Assembly (NCBI GenBank): GCA_038087875.1
Contig: CM075995.1
Location: 3,350,001 to 3,414,000 of the forward strand
DNA from: Malacoraja senta
Lineage: Eukaryota
Length of the DNA stretch: 64,000 bases
Reading direction: 5' to 3'
Under the pieces are notes generated by a model. That model worked only from the letters and a program-made list of their open reading frames with translations, was not told where the DNA came from and did not search any database. A program made the translations under genes and the position numbers. Shown here piece by piece: positions 35,965 through 47,603 of the stretch. Position 1 is the first letter of the stretch, and the number at the start of each line of letters is the position of its first letter.

Positions 35965-36469
35965 GCTATAAGAAAAACTTTCTTGGAAAGGTTTGAATTT
36001 GCCATAAAAGTACTTATAAAATCTCTTGGGATTATCCTTCATTGCTTAGTCACGGACAAGTACATGGATAGGAAAGGTTTAGAGGGATACGGGCAAAAAG
36101 CAGACAAGTGGGACAGGCATACATGGGCCATCTTGGTTTGCATGTGCAAGTTGGGCCGAAGGACCTATTTCCTATGCTGTATGAATGACTCCATGTCACT
36201 GGGGTTGGATTAACTCATTGTTCACTGAATCATCTTTGACTTTTTTTTAGAATTCCTTCCTGTTTCCACTAACAATTATAAATGTTTGGCCCTCACTGCC
36301 TCTTCAACTGATTTTTTTTTTCTGTCATTCTGTTTGGCTACCAGAATCGTCATGAACAAATTTGTTGTCGGGTGCTGGCGATGTTTATGCTCTGACACCC
36401 GTTGTGGCACAAATTAGTGTTATGTCGTGTACTTACATGGACTGTCCATTCCAATTTCTCACATTGAAC

Positions 36470-37090
36470 AAGGGCGGCATGGTGGCGCAGCAGTGGAGTT
36501 GCTGCTTTAAGCCCCTGTCCCACGATGCGCGTTTACCCAAGAGCTCTACCGAGTTTTAAAAAAAATCTAACTCGTGGTAAGTACGTAGAATGCACGTAGC
36601 GGTTACATCGGACCTCGTGGATGTCTCGTAGCGGCTCGTAATGCTAACGGCAGGTACTCGGGGAAACGCGGTAACTCGTGAAGTTTTATCAACACTGTGA
36701 AAAATGTCCAAGAGTAAAAAAAATACTCATGATGAAGTACCACGAGTTTGATTTTTTTTTTTTTAACTCGGGAGAACTCTTGGGTAAACTCGCATCCTGG
36801 GACAGGGGCTTTACAGCGCCGGAGAGACCCAGGTTTGATCCTGGCGATGGGTGCCGTCTGTACGGATTGTATACATTCTCCCTTGGACCACAAGAGTTTT
36901 CTCCACATGCTCTGTTTTCCTTCCCCACTCCAAAGACGTACAGGTTTGTAGGTTAATTGGCTTCGGTGGAAAATATTGTAAATTGTCCCTAACTTGTGGG
37001 ATAGTACTCGTGTACAGTGATCGCTTGCCAGCATGGACTCAGTGGACCGTAGGAGCTATTTCCGCGCTGTATATCTAAACTAAACTAAAC
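36470..37090 (+). mobile_element. HE1/V-SINE with a Harbinger MITE in its head
   Basis: gttgctgct|tta..tta|cagcgcc. Confidence 0.85.
36510..36810. mobile_element. PIF/Harbinger MITE, 301 bp
   Basis: TTA TSD (36507-36509, 36811-36813); imperfect TIRs of ~70 bp starting agcccctgtccca.gatgcg.gtttacccaagag. Confidence 0.88.
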
Positions 37091-37449
37091 TCTCATTTGC
37101 CCCTCCTTAACTATCCTGCCTGAACAGTTACATTCCAGAGAATAATTGGCATCTGTGTCGGCATTTTGTAGGTTAAGACCTTCAAAAATAATCACTGTTG
37201 ATACATTGATTATAGTAGGATTGCACTGAAATGTGTGCTAAAAAGGATTTCAATGTACTTGTCTACATGTGACAACAAAGTACCATTGAACCATTGAAGT
37301 TCCCAGGCCTTACAGCCCATCGTGTCCATCTCCATAACAAGGGCCTAGAGAATCAATAACTGTTTATGAGCATCATTTGAGTAAAATTTGACTTAAACAG
37401 CAGAATTCTACAGGATACCTGTGGTGTATTTAGCTTAGAGATACAGCGT

Positions 37450-37757
37450 GGAAACAAGGGGTCACAGTTTAAGGATAAAGGGGAAATCTTTTAGGACTGA
37501 GATGAGAAAAACATTTTTCACACAGAGAGTGGTGAATCTCTGGAATTCTCTGCCACAGAATGTAGTTGAGGCCAGTTCATTGGCTATATTTAAGAGGGAG
37601 TTAGATGTGGCCCTTGTGGCTAAAGGGATCAGGGGGTATGGAGAGAAAGCATGTAGAGGATACTGAGTTGGATGATCAGCCATGATCATATTGAATGGCG
37701 GTGCAGGCTCGAAGGGCCGAATGGCCTACTCCTGCACCTATTTTCTATGCTTCTATG
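37450..37757 (+). mobile_element. CR1 3' fragment nested in a minus-strand SINE (37430-38012)
   Basis: TRGHSLRIKGKSFRTEMRKTFFTQRVVNLWNSLP; the SINE tail gatacagcgtggaaaca resumes at ~37757. Confidence 0.85.
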
Positions 37758-38729
37758 AAACAGGCTCTTTGGCCCACGGAGTACAGAGTCCGCACTGACC
37801 GGCACACACACAAGGGACAATTTACTCTTATACCAAGCCAATTAACGTGTATGTCTTTCAAGTGTGGGAGGAAACCCAAGATTTTGGAGAAAACCCACGT
37901 TGTCACAGGGTGAACTTACTAACTCCGTACAGACAGCACCCGTAGTCGGGATCGAACCCAGGTCTCTGGTGCTGCAAGCGCTGTAAGGCTGCAACTCTAC
38001 CGTTATGCCACCATATGACTACTTTCAGTAGCCAGTATATTGCATCCAGGTGCTTTGGGAACTGTTGCCTTATTCAAACCAGAGACATGCACAGCAGCAA
38101 TCAACGACGTGTAATGCAAGGTAGGATGTTACGTCCACTAAATTCAGTTGAATGTGTAGGCTATTACACAGAACAGCACAGAGCAGCAACAGTCCCTTCG
38201 GCCCACAATGTCCGTGCCAAATATAATGCCAAGATAGACTAATCTCATCTGCTTGCAGGTGATCCACGTTCCTTCATATTTTGCATATCTACAGTATGTG
38301 CCTACCTATAAGCCTCTTAAATGCCACTATCGTATATGCCTCCTCCACCACACTGGTGGCAGCACATTTAAGGCACCACCATCTGTTTATGTTCATAAGT
38401 GAGAGGAGCAGAATTAAGCCATTCGGCCCACCAAGTCTACTCTGCCATTCAATCATGGCTGATCTATCTATCTCTCTGAACCCAATTCTCCTGCCTTCTT
38501 CCCAATTCCCCTGACTCCTGACATGAGCTAGGGTACTTTTTGATTCACCTCTACTTCATTGAGGACTTTGTCAAAGGAACCGATGCACTATAATGCTGAG
38601 AACTATATTCTGCACTCTGTATCTTCCCCATTTGTTCTATCTAGTGTACTTGAGTATTAACTGATTGTATCCATGTAATGTATATCTGATGTGTTTGGAT
38701 AGCATGCAAAACAACATTTTTCATTTTGT

Positions 38730-39140
38730 ACATAGAGTCATAGAGTGATACAGTGTGCAAACAGGCCCTTCAGGTCCAACTTGCCCACACGGGTCAACAT
38801 GTCCCAGCTACACTAGTCCCATCTGCCTGCGCTTGGTCCATATCCCTCATAAACCTGTCCTATCCATGTATTTGTCCAACTGTTTCTTAAACGTTGGGAT
38901 AGTCCCAGCCACAACTACCACATCTGGCAGCTTGTTCCACACACCCACCACCCTTTGTGTGAAAAAGATACCCCTCAGATTCCTATTAAATCTTTTCCCC
39001 TTCACTTTGAACCTATGGCCCTAGATGCCCCTACTCTAGGCAAAAGAGACTCTGTGCATCTACCCAATCTATTCCTCTCATGACTTTGTACACCTCTATA
39101 AGATCACCCCTCATCTTCCTGCGTTCCATGGAATAGAGAC
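38730..39140 (-). mobile_element. CR1 3' fragment
   Basis: Reverse complement of subfamily A (as at 5636-5903). Confidence 0.85.
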
Positions 39141-41489
39141 AAAAATAAACCTAAACATTCTGGTTTATACTGAAGATAGATCCAAAATGTCGTAGTAACT
39201 CAGCGGGTCAGGCAGCATCTCTGGAGAGAAGGAATGGGTGATGTTTCAGGGAGTCAGGGGTTATGGGGAGAATGGGGTTATGAGGGAGAAATAGATCAGC
39301 CTTGATTGAAAGGAAGAGTAAACATGATGGGCCGAATGGCCTAATTTTGCCCCTATCGTTTAAGACCTTATGAACTTATGACGTTTCGGGTCGGCGTCTG
39401 AAGAAGGGTTCCAACCTGAAATGTTTCCAATTCTTTGAACAGAACAAGACCAGGTTCTTGCTGGAATCTGATCTTCTCCATGGAAGGTCTGTCAATGCAA
39501 AGTGACAAACACACCATGACGGTTATTTAATTTTAGCTAACGGCCGTACCACTTGTCATGGTGAGAGTGACGTGCTGAATTATGTCACAGGTTTGGTGGC
39601 AGATTGGGTAATTGGTGACAGGGAACTGCTTTAAGGGAGAATCGGAAGAAGTCAGACATCAGGCTGTTTGGAGGGTGTTGTCAAGATTGAGACTGATTTG
39701 TTTCAACTCTGCAGATAAAAAGCGAATATCAGGTGCTAAAATGTTGAGGTTGAGTGACACTGGTATTGAGTCAAGTTGTCTTCCTAAACGTAAAACAAAG
39801 ACAGAGGAGGAAGCGTTGTGGGGAACCTTATCAGAAAATGTTACACAACAATGGAGTTTGAAAGAAGTTGGTGATCTGTTTTTCCCTTGATTTTTCATCA
39901 TATAACCATATAACAATTACAGCACGGAAACAGGACATCTCGGCCCTGCTAGTCTGTGCCGAACACTTACTCTCACCTAGTCCCATCTACCTGCACTCAG
40001 ACCATAACCCTCCATTCCTTTCCCGTCCATATACCAATTTATTTTTAAATGATAAAAACGAACCTGCCTTCACCACTTCCACTAGAAGCTCATTCCACAC
40101 AGCCACCACTCTCTGAGTAAAGAAGTTCCCCCTCATGTTGCCCCTAAACATGGTCTACCATGTCATTTGTCCAGTTAAGGTGTTGTCATTTTGCAGAATC
40201 ATTTCTTTCATTCACATGTGTTCAAAGTGATGGGAATTGTTATGATACGAAACGATAAGATACAATAGAACCTTATTTATCCCAGGAGGGAGATTGGTCA
40301 GCCAACCATCATAAAACACAAGATACATGAAACATGAAATTAAAGTGACGAGTGGAAAGGATTGGGGATGTGCAAAGATTGGGGAGGGTGGGGGACGGGA
40401 GTCAATCTACCCCACGAAAGAAGGGGGGAGGAGTTGTACAGTTAATTTCTAAATTCATTACATCCCCACGTAGAATTGCTGCCTTTTTTGGATGGTAAGC
40501 GTTTCAAATTTGATGGTGGGCCTTGACTGAACCAGAATTTCAGAGATTCATAAGTTATAGGAGCAGGATTAGGCCATTCTACCCATCAAGTCTACGCTGC
40601 CATTCAATCATGGCTGATCGATCTCTACCTCTGAACCCCATTCACCTGCCTTTACCCTGATGACCTCTGACACCCGTGCTGATCAATTTATATGGAAAAT
40701 ATTAACCCAATGAGTTAGATAGAGCTCTAGGGGCTAGTGAAATCAAGGGATATGGAGAGAAGGCAGGCACGGGTTATTGATTGGGGACAATCAGCCATGA
40801 TCACAATGAATGGCGGTGCTGGCTCGAAGGGCCAAATGGCCTCCTCCTGCACCTATTTTCTATGTTTCTAATTGATAACATTGTGTGGAGCTGATTGGGA
40901 CAAAGACATAACTTTATAGAAACATGTTTGCAATGAAACACACATGACAATAAAATAATGAATGACTAAGTCACATTATTGGTAGGTTTGCTTTAAGGCC
41001 ATTTCCACTGCATTTCGAGCTTCAACAATGCTTGCACGAGTGTCTGCGCTGTATTTCGTGATGTGCTTAGCCTTGAAAAACATTACCAAATGCCTGGACT
41101 AAATACCTACGTATGCCTACATGTAGGAAGGAACTGCAGATTGCTGGTTTAAACCGAAGATAGAAAGAAAAAGCTGGAGTAACTCAGCAGATCAGGAGAC
41201 AGCATCCCTGGAGAGAAGGAATAGGTCGAGACCCTTCTTCAGACTGAGAGTCAGGGGAAAGGGGACTGAGCGAAGGTGGGATAAAGAACAAACTAGACTA
41301 AGTGGGACCCGTTGGGTCCCATGTTCTCACGGGAGGGCTGGTCCCCCAAAGCAATATTCCACCTCTCCACCAATTCCAATATTGGTGGCCAGTGGGGGGT
41401 GGGGAGGGGGGGGCTTTCTGGAGCGCTAGTATGGGTGTTGTGGGCCAAATGGACTGGTTTCCAGAGGGCTAGTATGGACATTGTAGGCC

Positions 41490-41645
41490 GAATGGATTCT
41501 TGGACTGGCAGCTCAGTCACTCAGGGCTGGTGGGCTGGCACATCAGTCACTCAGGCCTGGTGGGCTGGCAGCTCAGGCACTCAGGGCTGGTGGGCTGGCA
41601 GATCAGTCACTCAGGGGTGGTGGGCTGACAGTTTACTCACGGCTA
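41490..41645 (+). repeat. 30-bp tandem array in Helitron
   Basis: tgggctggcagctcagtcactcagggctgg x ~5. Confidence 0.9.
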
Positions 41646-41656
41646 TTCCTTGAAAT

Positions 41657-42055
41657 TCCATTTCAAGCAGAGTGCAGGCCACCATATTCAATTTCATAGT
41701 ATTTCAAGCAGAGTGCAGGCCACCACATTCAATTTAATAGCATTTCAAGCAGAGTGCAGGCCACCACATTCAATTTCATAGCATTTCAAGCAGAGTGCGG
41801 GCCACCACATTCAATTTCATAGCATTTCAAGTAGAGTGCAGGCCACCACATCCAATTTCATAGCATTTCAAGGAGAGTGCAGGCCACCAAATTCAATTTC
41901 ATAGCATTTCAAGCAGAGTGCAGGCCACCATATTCAATTTCATAGCATTTCAAGCAGTGCAGGCCACCACATTCAATTTCATTGCATTTCAAGCAGAGTG
42001 CAGGCCACCTCATTCCATTTCATAGCATTTCAAGCAGAGTGCAGGCCACCAAATT
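41657..42055 (+). repeat. 41-bp tandem array in Helitron
   Basis: catttcaagcagagtgcaggccaccacattcaatttcatag x ~10. Confidence 0.9.
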
Positions 42056-42281
42056 GCCAAATTCATTGCATTGTCATTAAGGGCTATCAAATCATTTATT
42101 GCAAGTACATTGCAGACTCACAGTTCAGTTGATTCACAGCTTAGAATGACAATTGTGGACTCTCCCTCGTGATCTTCCAGTGTGACTGACTCACGTCCAG
42201 GCATCCAGGGTTTTATAGTCCTGCCCCCCCCCCCCGGAAGGGGCGTTACCTTCAACGTGGTGATTGACAGGCAAGAGGATC

Positions 42282-42918
42282 CCTTCCCTCCCGCACCACC
42301 CCCTCCCCGGGCACTTTCCCTTGCAACCGCAAGAGATGCTACACTTGTCGCTTTACCGCCCCCCTCGACTCCATTCAAGGACCCAAGCAGTCGTTCCAGG
42401 CGTGACAGAGGTTCACCTGCATCTCCTCCAACCTCATCTATTGCATCCGCTGCTCTAGATGTCAGCTGATCATTTCGCCGAACACCTCCGCTCGGTCCGC
42501 ATTAACCAACCTGACCTCCCAGTGGCTCAGCACTTCAACTCCCCCTCCCATTCCGTATCCGACCTCTCTGTCCTGGGCCTCCTCCATGGCCAGAGTGAGC
42601 ACCACCGGAAATTGGAGGAACAGCACCTCATATTCCGCTTGGGCAGTCTGCACCCTAGTGGCATAAACATTGAATTCTCCCTTTTCCGGTAGCCCTTGCT
42701 GTTTCCTCCCCTTCTCAGCTCTCCCTCAGCCCTCGGGCTCACCCTCTCCCTTTTTCCTTTCTTCTTCCCGCCCCCCCCCCCCCATCAGTCTGAAGAAGGG
42801 TTTCGGCCCGAAACGTTGCCTATTTCCTTCGCTCCATAGATGCTGCTGCACCCGCTGAGTTTCTCCAGCACTTTTGTCTACCTTCGATTTTCCAGCATCT
42901 GCAGTTCCTTCTTAAACA
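42282..42918 (+). mobile_element. Penelope-like element 3' fragment (GIY-YIG endonuclease remnant + pLTR) inserted in the Helitron
   Basis: PCNRKRCYTC linker, FTCISSNLIYCIRCSRC, HFAEHLRSVR..PVAQHFNSPSH..RKLEEQHLIFRLGSLHPSGINIEF; AGAGGATC on both sides (possible TSD). Confidence 0.88.
42788..42820 (+). ncRNA. Minimal hammerhead ribozyme core (Penelope pLTR)
   Basis: CUGAAGA-A-GGGU-UUCG-GCCC-GAAA-CGUU: conserved core, stem II with a UUCG loop, palindromic (AACGUU) stem III. Confidence 0.7.
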
Positions 42919-43379
42919 GAGAGGATCGATCAGCTGATCTCAAGATTTTTAAAACTTTTTTATTTTTCATCGATCGGAAAAATCCTCAGGGCTGCCTCAG
43001 CGGAGGAGGACTGTGAGTAAGATGGCCAAAAATTATAGCGTTTTTTCTAAAATCAATATACAGCGCAGACAGGAAGTGGTCAAGATGAGACTTTTAGTTA
43101 TATAGATGAGTTAGATATAGCTCTTAGGGCTAACGGAATCAAGGGATATAGGGAAAAAGCAGGAACGGGTTTACTGATTTTGGATGATCACCCATGATCA
43201 TATTGAATGGCGGTGCTGGCTCGAAGGGCTGAATGGCCTACTCCTGCACCTATTTTCTATGTTCTATGTTTCTATGAAAGTGAAATGAGAGATTTAGACG
43301 GTGATGTAGAGAGATATAAAACAAATAAATAAAAGATATGCAAAAAAAGTATCAATGATAAAGAAAACAGGCCTTTGTT

Positions 43380-43980
43380 AACTGTTTGTTTAAGAAAGAA
43401 CTGCAGATGCTGGAAAAATCGAAGGTAGACCAAAATATTGGAGAAACTCAGCGGGCCAGGCAGCATCTATGGAGCGAAGGAATCGGTGACATTTCGGGTC
43501 GAGACCCTTCTTCTTAACTGTTTGTTAAGTTAGAACAAGTACAGACAATGATGCTCAACAAGACAACTTTGAAGCTGGTACGATTTAGGTAGGGGAGGGA
43601 TAGAGAGAGGGGGAATGCAGGGGTTACTTGAAGTTAGATAAATCAATATTCTTACCACCGGGCTGTAAGTTGCCCAATCAAAATATGACATGCTGTTCCT
43701 CCAATTTGCATTTGGTCTGACTCTGGCAATGGAGGAGACCTAGGACAAAACGATCAGTGTGGGAATGGGAAGGGGAATTAAAGTGAGCAGCATCCGGGAG
43801 ATCAGGTTGGTCCGGGTGGACTGAGCGAAGATATTCAGCGAAATGATCGGCGAGCCTGCGCTTAGACTCGCCGATGTAGGAGGAGGTGCAAGTGAACCTC
43901 CGCCTAACCTGAATGGACTGTTGGGGTCCCTGGACAGAGTCCCTGCATGTAATCCATATCCACCCCATTCGGTGCACCTG
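43380..43980 (-). mobile_element. Penelope pLTR and GIY-YIG remnant
   Basis: FTCTSSYIGESKRRLADHFAEYLRSV..HFNSPSHSH..KLEEQHVIF. Confidence 0.82.
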
Positions 43981-44139
43981 GAATTTAGTTCACAATTTTC
44001 GAGATTCCTGTAGCTCAGTTCATTATTGACCGGCATTTGACCTTTCTGCAAGCCACAAATGTCAAAGATCGTATCCAGAGGTTTGAAACCATTCAGTGTA
44101 ACCCGTCACTGCTGGGCAGCAACATACCTATTTGATGTT

Positions 44140-44425
44140 CAGTTTAGTTTAGTTTATATCTTAGAGATACAGCGCGGACACAGGCCCTTCAGTCCACCGA
44201 GTCCGAGCAATCCCCACACATTAACACTACCCTACACACATTATGGAGAATTTTACATTTATACCAAGCCGATTAACCTGCAAACCCCTCTGTACGTCTT
44301 TGGAGTGTGGGAGGAAACCAAATATCTCGGGGGAAGACCCATACAGGTCACTGGGAGAACGTACAAACTCCGCACAGATCGAACTCGGATCACTGGCGCT
44401 GTAAGGCAGTAGGTCTACCGATACG
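44140..44425 (-). mobile_element. HE1/V-SINE
   Basis: Tail, V-domain and partial head. Confidence 0.8.
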
Positions 44426-44924
44426 CCAACCTGCTGCTCAGGCACAGTGTGTAACGGAGGTCACTCAGCTACAGGCATTGGGCCCCGAGGCACTTTTCTC
44501 TGCCCCTTCTGCTGAAAGGAAACGTTATGCTCAGCTTAATCAGCAACAGGACTCCCAATCCTCTTTAATTACCTCCCTTAGGATGAGGCTTTGGCATTGC
44601 AGAAGCAGGTGACATCATGATCATTACACAGAAGAGGGACTCTGGCGTCTGTTAATGGAAAATTATCCTCCTTGAAGATAATAAGGCACCAGATGCAATC
44701 TTGGCTGGGTTCACAATTTCCAATGATCTTGTTTGAAAAGCCGCTGTATCTCCTTTCATGAGGTCGTAGATGAATACTTCATGTGCCCAATGGTTACCAA
44801 TGGGCATCTGTCACTGCAGCAGTAGATAGAAGTTTAAAACATTATTACAATATAGGGCACAGCTAGATAAGAGAAAGATCAAAGATGTAGACACAAGGAA
44901 CTGCAGTTGCAAAAAAAACCGCAT

Positions 44925-45383
44925 AAAGTTGGATAGGGTACAGGGAAGATTTACGGGGATGTTGCTAGGACCCGAGGGTCTGAGCTATAGGAAAAGGTTG
45001 GGACTCTATTCCTTGGAGCGTAGGAGGATGAGGGGTGATCTTATAGAGGTGTATAAAATCATGAGAGGAATAGATCGGGTAAATGCACAGAGTCTCTTGC
45101 CCAGAGTTGGGGAATCCAGCGGACAGAGGTTTAAGACGACGGGGAAAAGATTTAATAGGAATCTGAGGGGTAACTTTTTCACACAAAGGGTGGTGGGTGT
45201 ATGGAATGAGCAACCAGAGGAGGTAGTTGAGGCAGGGACTATTGCAACCTTTAAGAAACAGACAGGTACATGGATAGGACAGGTTTGGAGGGATATGGGC
45301 CAAATGCAGGCAGGTGGGACTAGTGCAGCTGGGACATGCTGGCCGGTGTGGGTTGAAGGGACTGTTTCTATGCTCTATGACTC
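44925..45383 (+). mobile_element. CR1 3' fragment
   Basis: LERRRMRGDLIEVYKIMRG..FFTQRVVGVWN. Confidence 0.88.
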
Positions 45384-45812
45384 TAAATGCTGGAGGTCAG
45401 GCAACATCTCTGGGGAACATGGATAGGTGATGTTTTGGGATGGGACTCAAGAAGGGTCTCATCCTAAAACGTCATCTATACATGTTATCCAGAGATGTTG
45501 CCTGACCTGTTGAGATACTCCGGTACATTGTGTATTTTTAAATGAAACCTTGATGCGTGTTTTGAGGGAAGTTTTTGAGGGAAGAGGCCTGAGATCTTCA
45601 GAAGGATAATTGGGAAGGGGGAGGATATTGTGGAAGGAAATTTGGATAAGGAGCCAAGAAGGAACAAAGTAGGGGCAGTAACTTGGTGACCCTTGCAGAA
45701 ACAGTGGGGTTCGTGGATAAGTGGCAAGGCTTCAATAAATAGTAGACTTGAATAAACAGTGGAATCCAGTAGCAGTGAATAAACACCATTTTGGCCCAAC
45801 TTGTCCATGTCT

Positions 45813-46118
45813 TTTGTTTTAGTTTAGAGGTTCAGCGCAGAAACAGGCCCTTCGGCCCACCGAGTCCGCACCGACCAGCGATCCCCGCATATTAACATCC
45901 TACACACACTAGGGACATTTTTTTACATTTACCAAGCCAATTATCCTACATACCTGTATGTCTTTGGAGTGCGGGAGGAAACCGAAGATCTCGGAGAAAA
46001 CCCACGCAGGTCACGGGGAGAACATACTAACTCCGTACAGACAGCACCCGTAGTCGGGATCGAACCCGGGTCTCCGGCGCTGCATTCGCTGTAAGGCAGC
46101 AACTCTACCGCTGCGCCA
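45813..46118 (-). mobile_element. HE1/V-SINE, near full length
   Basis: gggatcgaacccggg and aactctaccgctgcgccac head complement. Confidence 0.9.
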
Positions 46119-46740
46119 CAAGAGGATTCGAATATAGGAGCAAAGAGGTCCTTCTGCAGTTGTACAGAGCTCTAGTGGAACCACACCTGGAGTATTGTGT
46201 GCAGTTTTGATCCCCTAATTTGAGGAAGGACATTCTTGCTATTGAGGGAGTGCAGCGTAGGTTTACAAGGTTAATTCCCGGGATGGCGGGACTGTCATAT
46301 GCTGAGAGAATGGAGCAGCTGGGCTTGTACACTCTGGAGTTTAGAAGGATGAGAGGGTATCTCATTGAAACATATAAGATTGTTTAGGGCTTGGACACAC
46401 TAGAGGCAGGAAACATGTTCCTGATGTTGGGGGAGTCCAGAACCAGAGGCCACAGTTTAAGAATAAGGAGTAAGCCATTTAGAACGGAGGCGAGGAAACA
46501 CTTTTTCTCACAGAGAGTGGTGAGTCTGTGGAATTTTCTGCCTCAGAGGGCGGTGGAGGCAGGTTCACTGGATGCTTTCAAGAGAGAGCTAGATAGGGCT
46601 CTTAAAAATAGCAGAGTCAGGGGATATGGGGAGAAGGCTGGAACGGGGTACTGATTGGGGATGATCAGCCATGATCACATTGAATGGCGGTGCTGGCTCA
46701 AAGGGCCAAATGGCCTACTCCTGCACCTATTGTCTATTGC
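46119..46740 (+). mobile_element. CR1 3' fragment
   Basis: ccacacctggagtattgtgtgcag..; ESRTRGHSLRIRSKPF..GTGY. Confidence 0.9.
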
Positions 46741-47559
46741 CACTGTGCCGACCAAGATGCCCCATCCAAGCTGGTCCCATTTGCCCACATTTGGCCCATT
46801 CTCTAAATATTTCCTATCCATGTGTTTGCCCAAGTGTCTTTTAAATGCTGTTATAGTCCTTGCATCCAATGCCTTCTCTGGTGGATTGTCCCATATACCC
46901 ACCACCCTCTGAGTGAAAATTTGAAAACAACAGCATTGAGGTGGGTGAGTGTTAAATGAACCAGTCATCTGATAAACCACTTATCAGTTTTAGTTTCACT
47001 TCAGTTTAGTTTATTGTCACGTGTACTGAGGTACAGTAAAAAGCTTTTTGTTGCGTGCTATCCAGTCAGCAGAATGACAATACATGATTACAATCAATCC
47101 ATTTACAGTGTGTAGATACATTATAAGGGATTAACGTTTAGTTCTTCGTACAGCCAGCACCAATTGTTCAAGGATAGTCCGACGGACATCAAAGAAGTAG
47201 ATGGTAGATTATGGAAGGTGTGTGCTTCCATTGCACTGCACTTTTGAAATGCTTGACATTTCAGGCATCTAATGTACTTGTCCAGGTCATGAAAAAACCT
47301 TGGATTTATTCAAAATGCCTCTGGATGTAGCAGGGTGACTTTGACAAACTATCAAAATGTGATCCCAACTACTGAACTCTAGTCAGCAGATTGAGCAAGT
47401 CAACCTATCTAAAGAATCTCCCTGTAATACAGTAACGTCCAGGTTCAGGAACAGCTTCCTCCCTACAACCATCAGGCTATTAAACACTACAACCTCATAT
47501 AGGCTCTGAATTACAATAGACATTATTATTGTTGCACTGTTTTGTTTGTTTATTGAGTA

Positions 47560-47601
<42 letters not shown>

Positions 47602-47603
<2 letters not shown>

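Larger units (their letters stand above)
41293..43106 (-). mobile_element. Non-autonomous Helitron, copy 2, both termini intact
   Basis: Minus strand: A|TCTATATAACTAAAAG... at 43106; 3' hairpin tgggaccc-gtt-gggtccca (41303-41321), then CTAG|T at 41293. Confidence 0.9.

Noticed and set aside
39675..39890. Candidate exon after ttgtttcaactctgcag
   Set aside because: No strong donor site and the peptide is unrecognised; not supportable without transcript data
41657..42055. CRISPR-like appearance of the regular arrays
   Set aside because: Units are head-to-tail with no unique spacers, there are no cas genes, and the context is a eukaryotic Helitron
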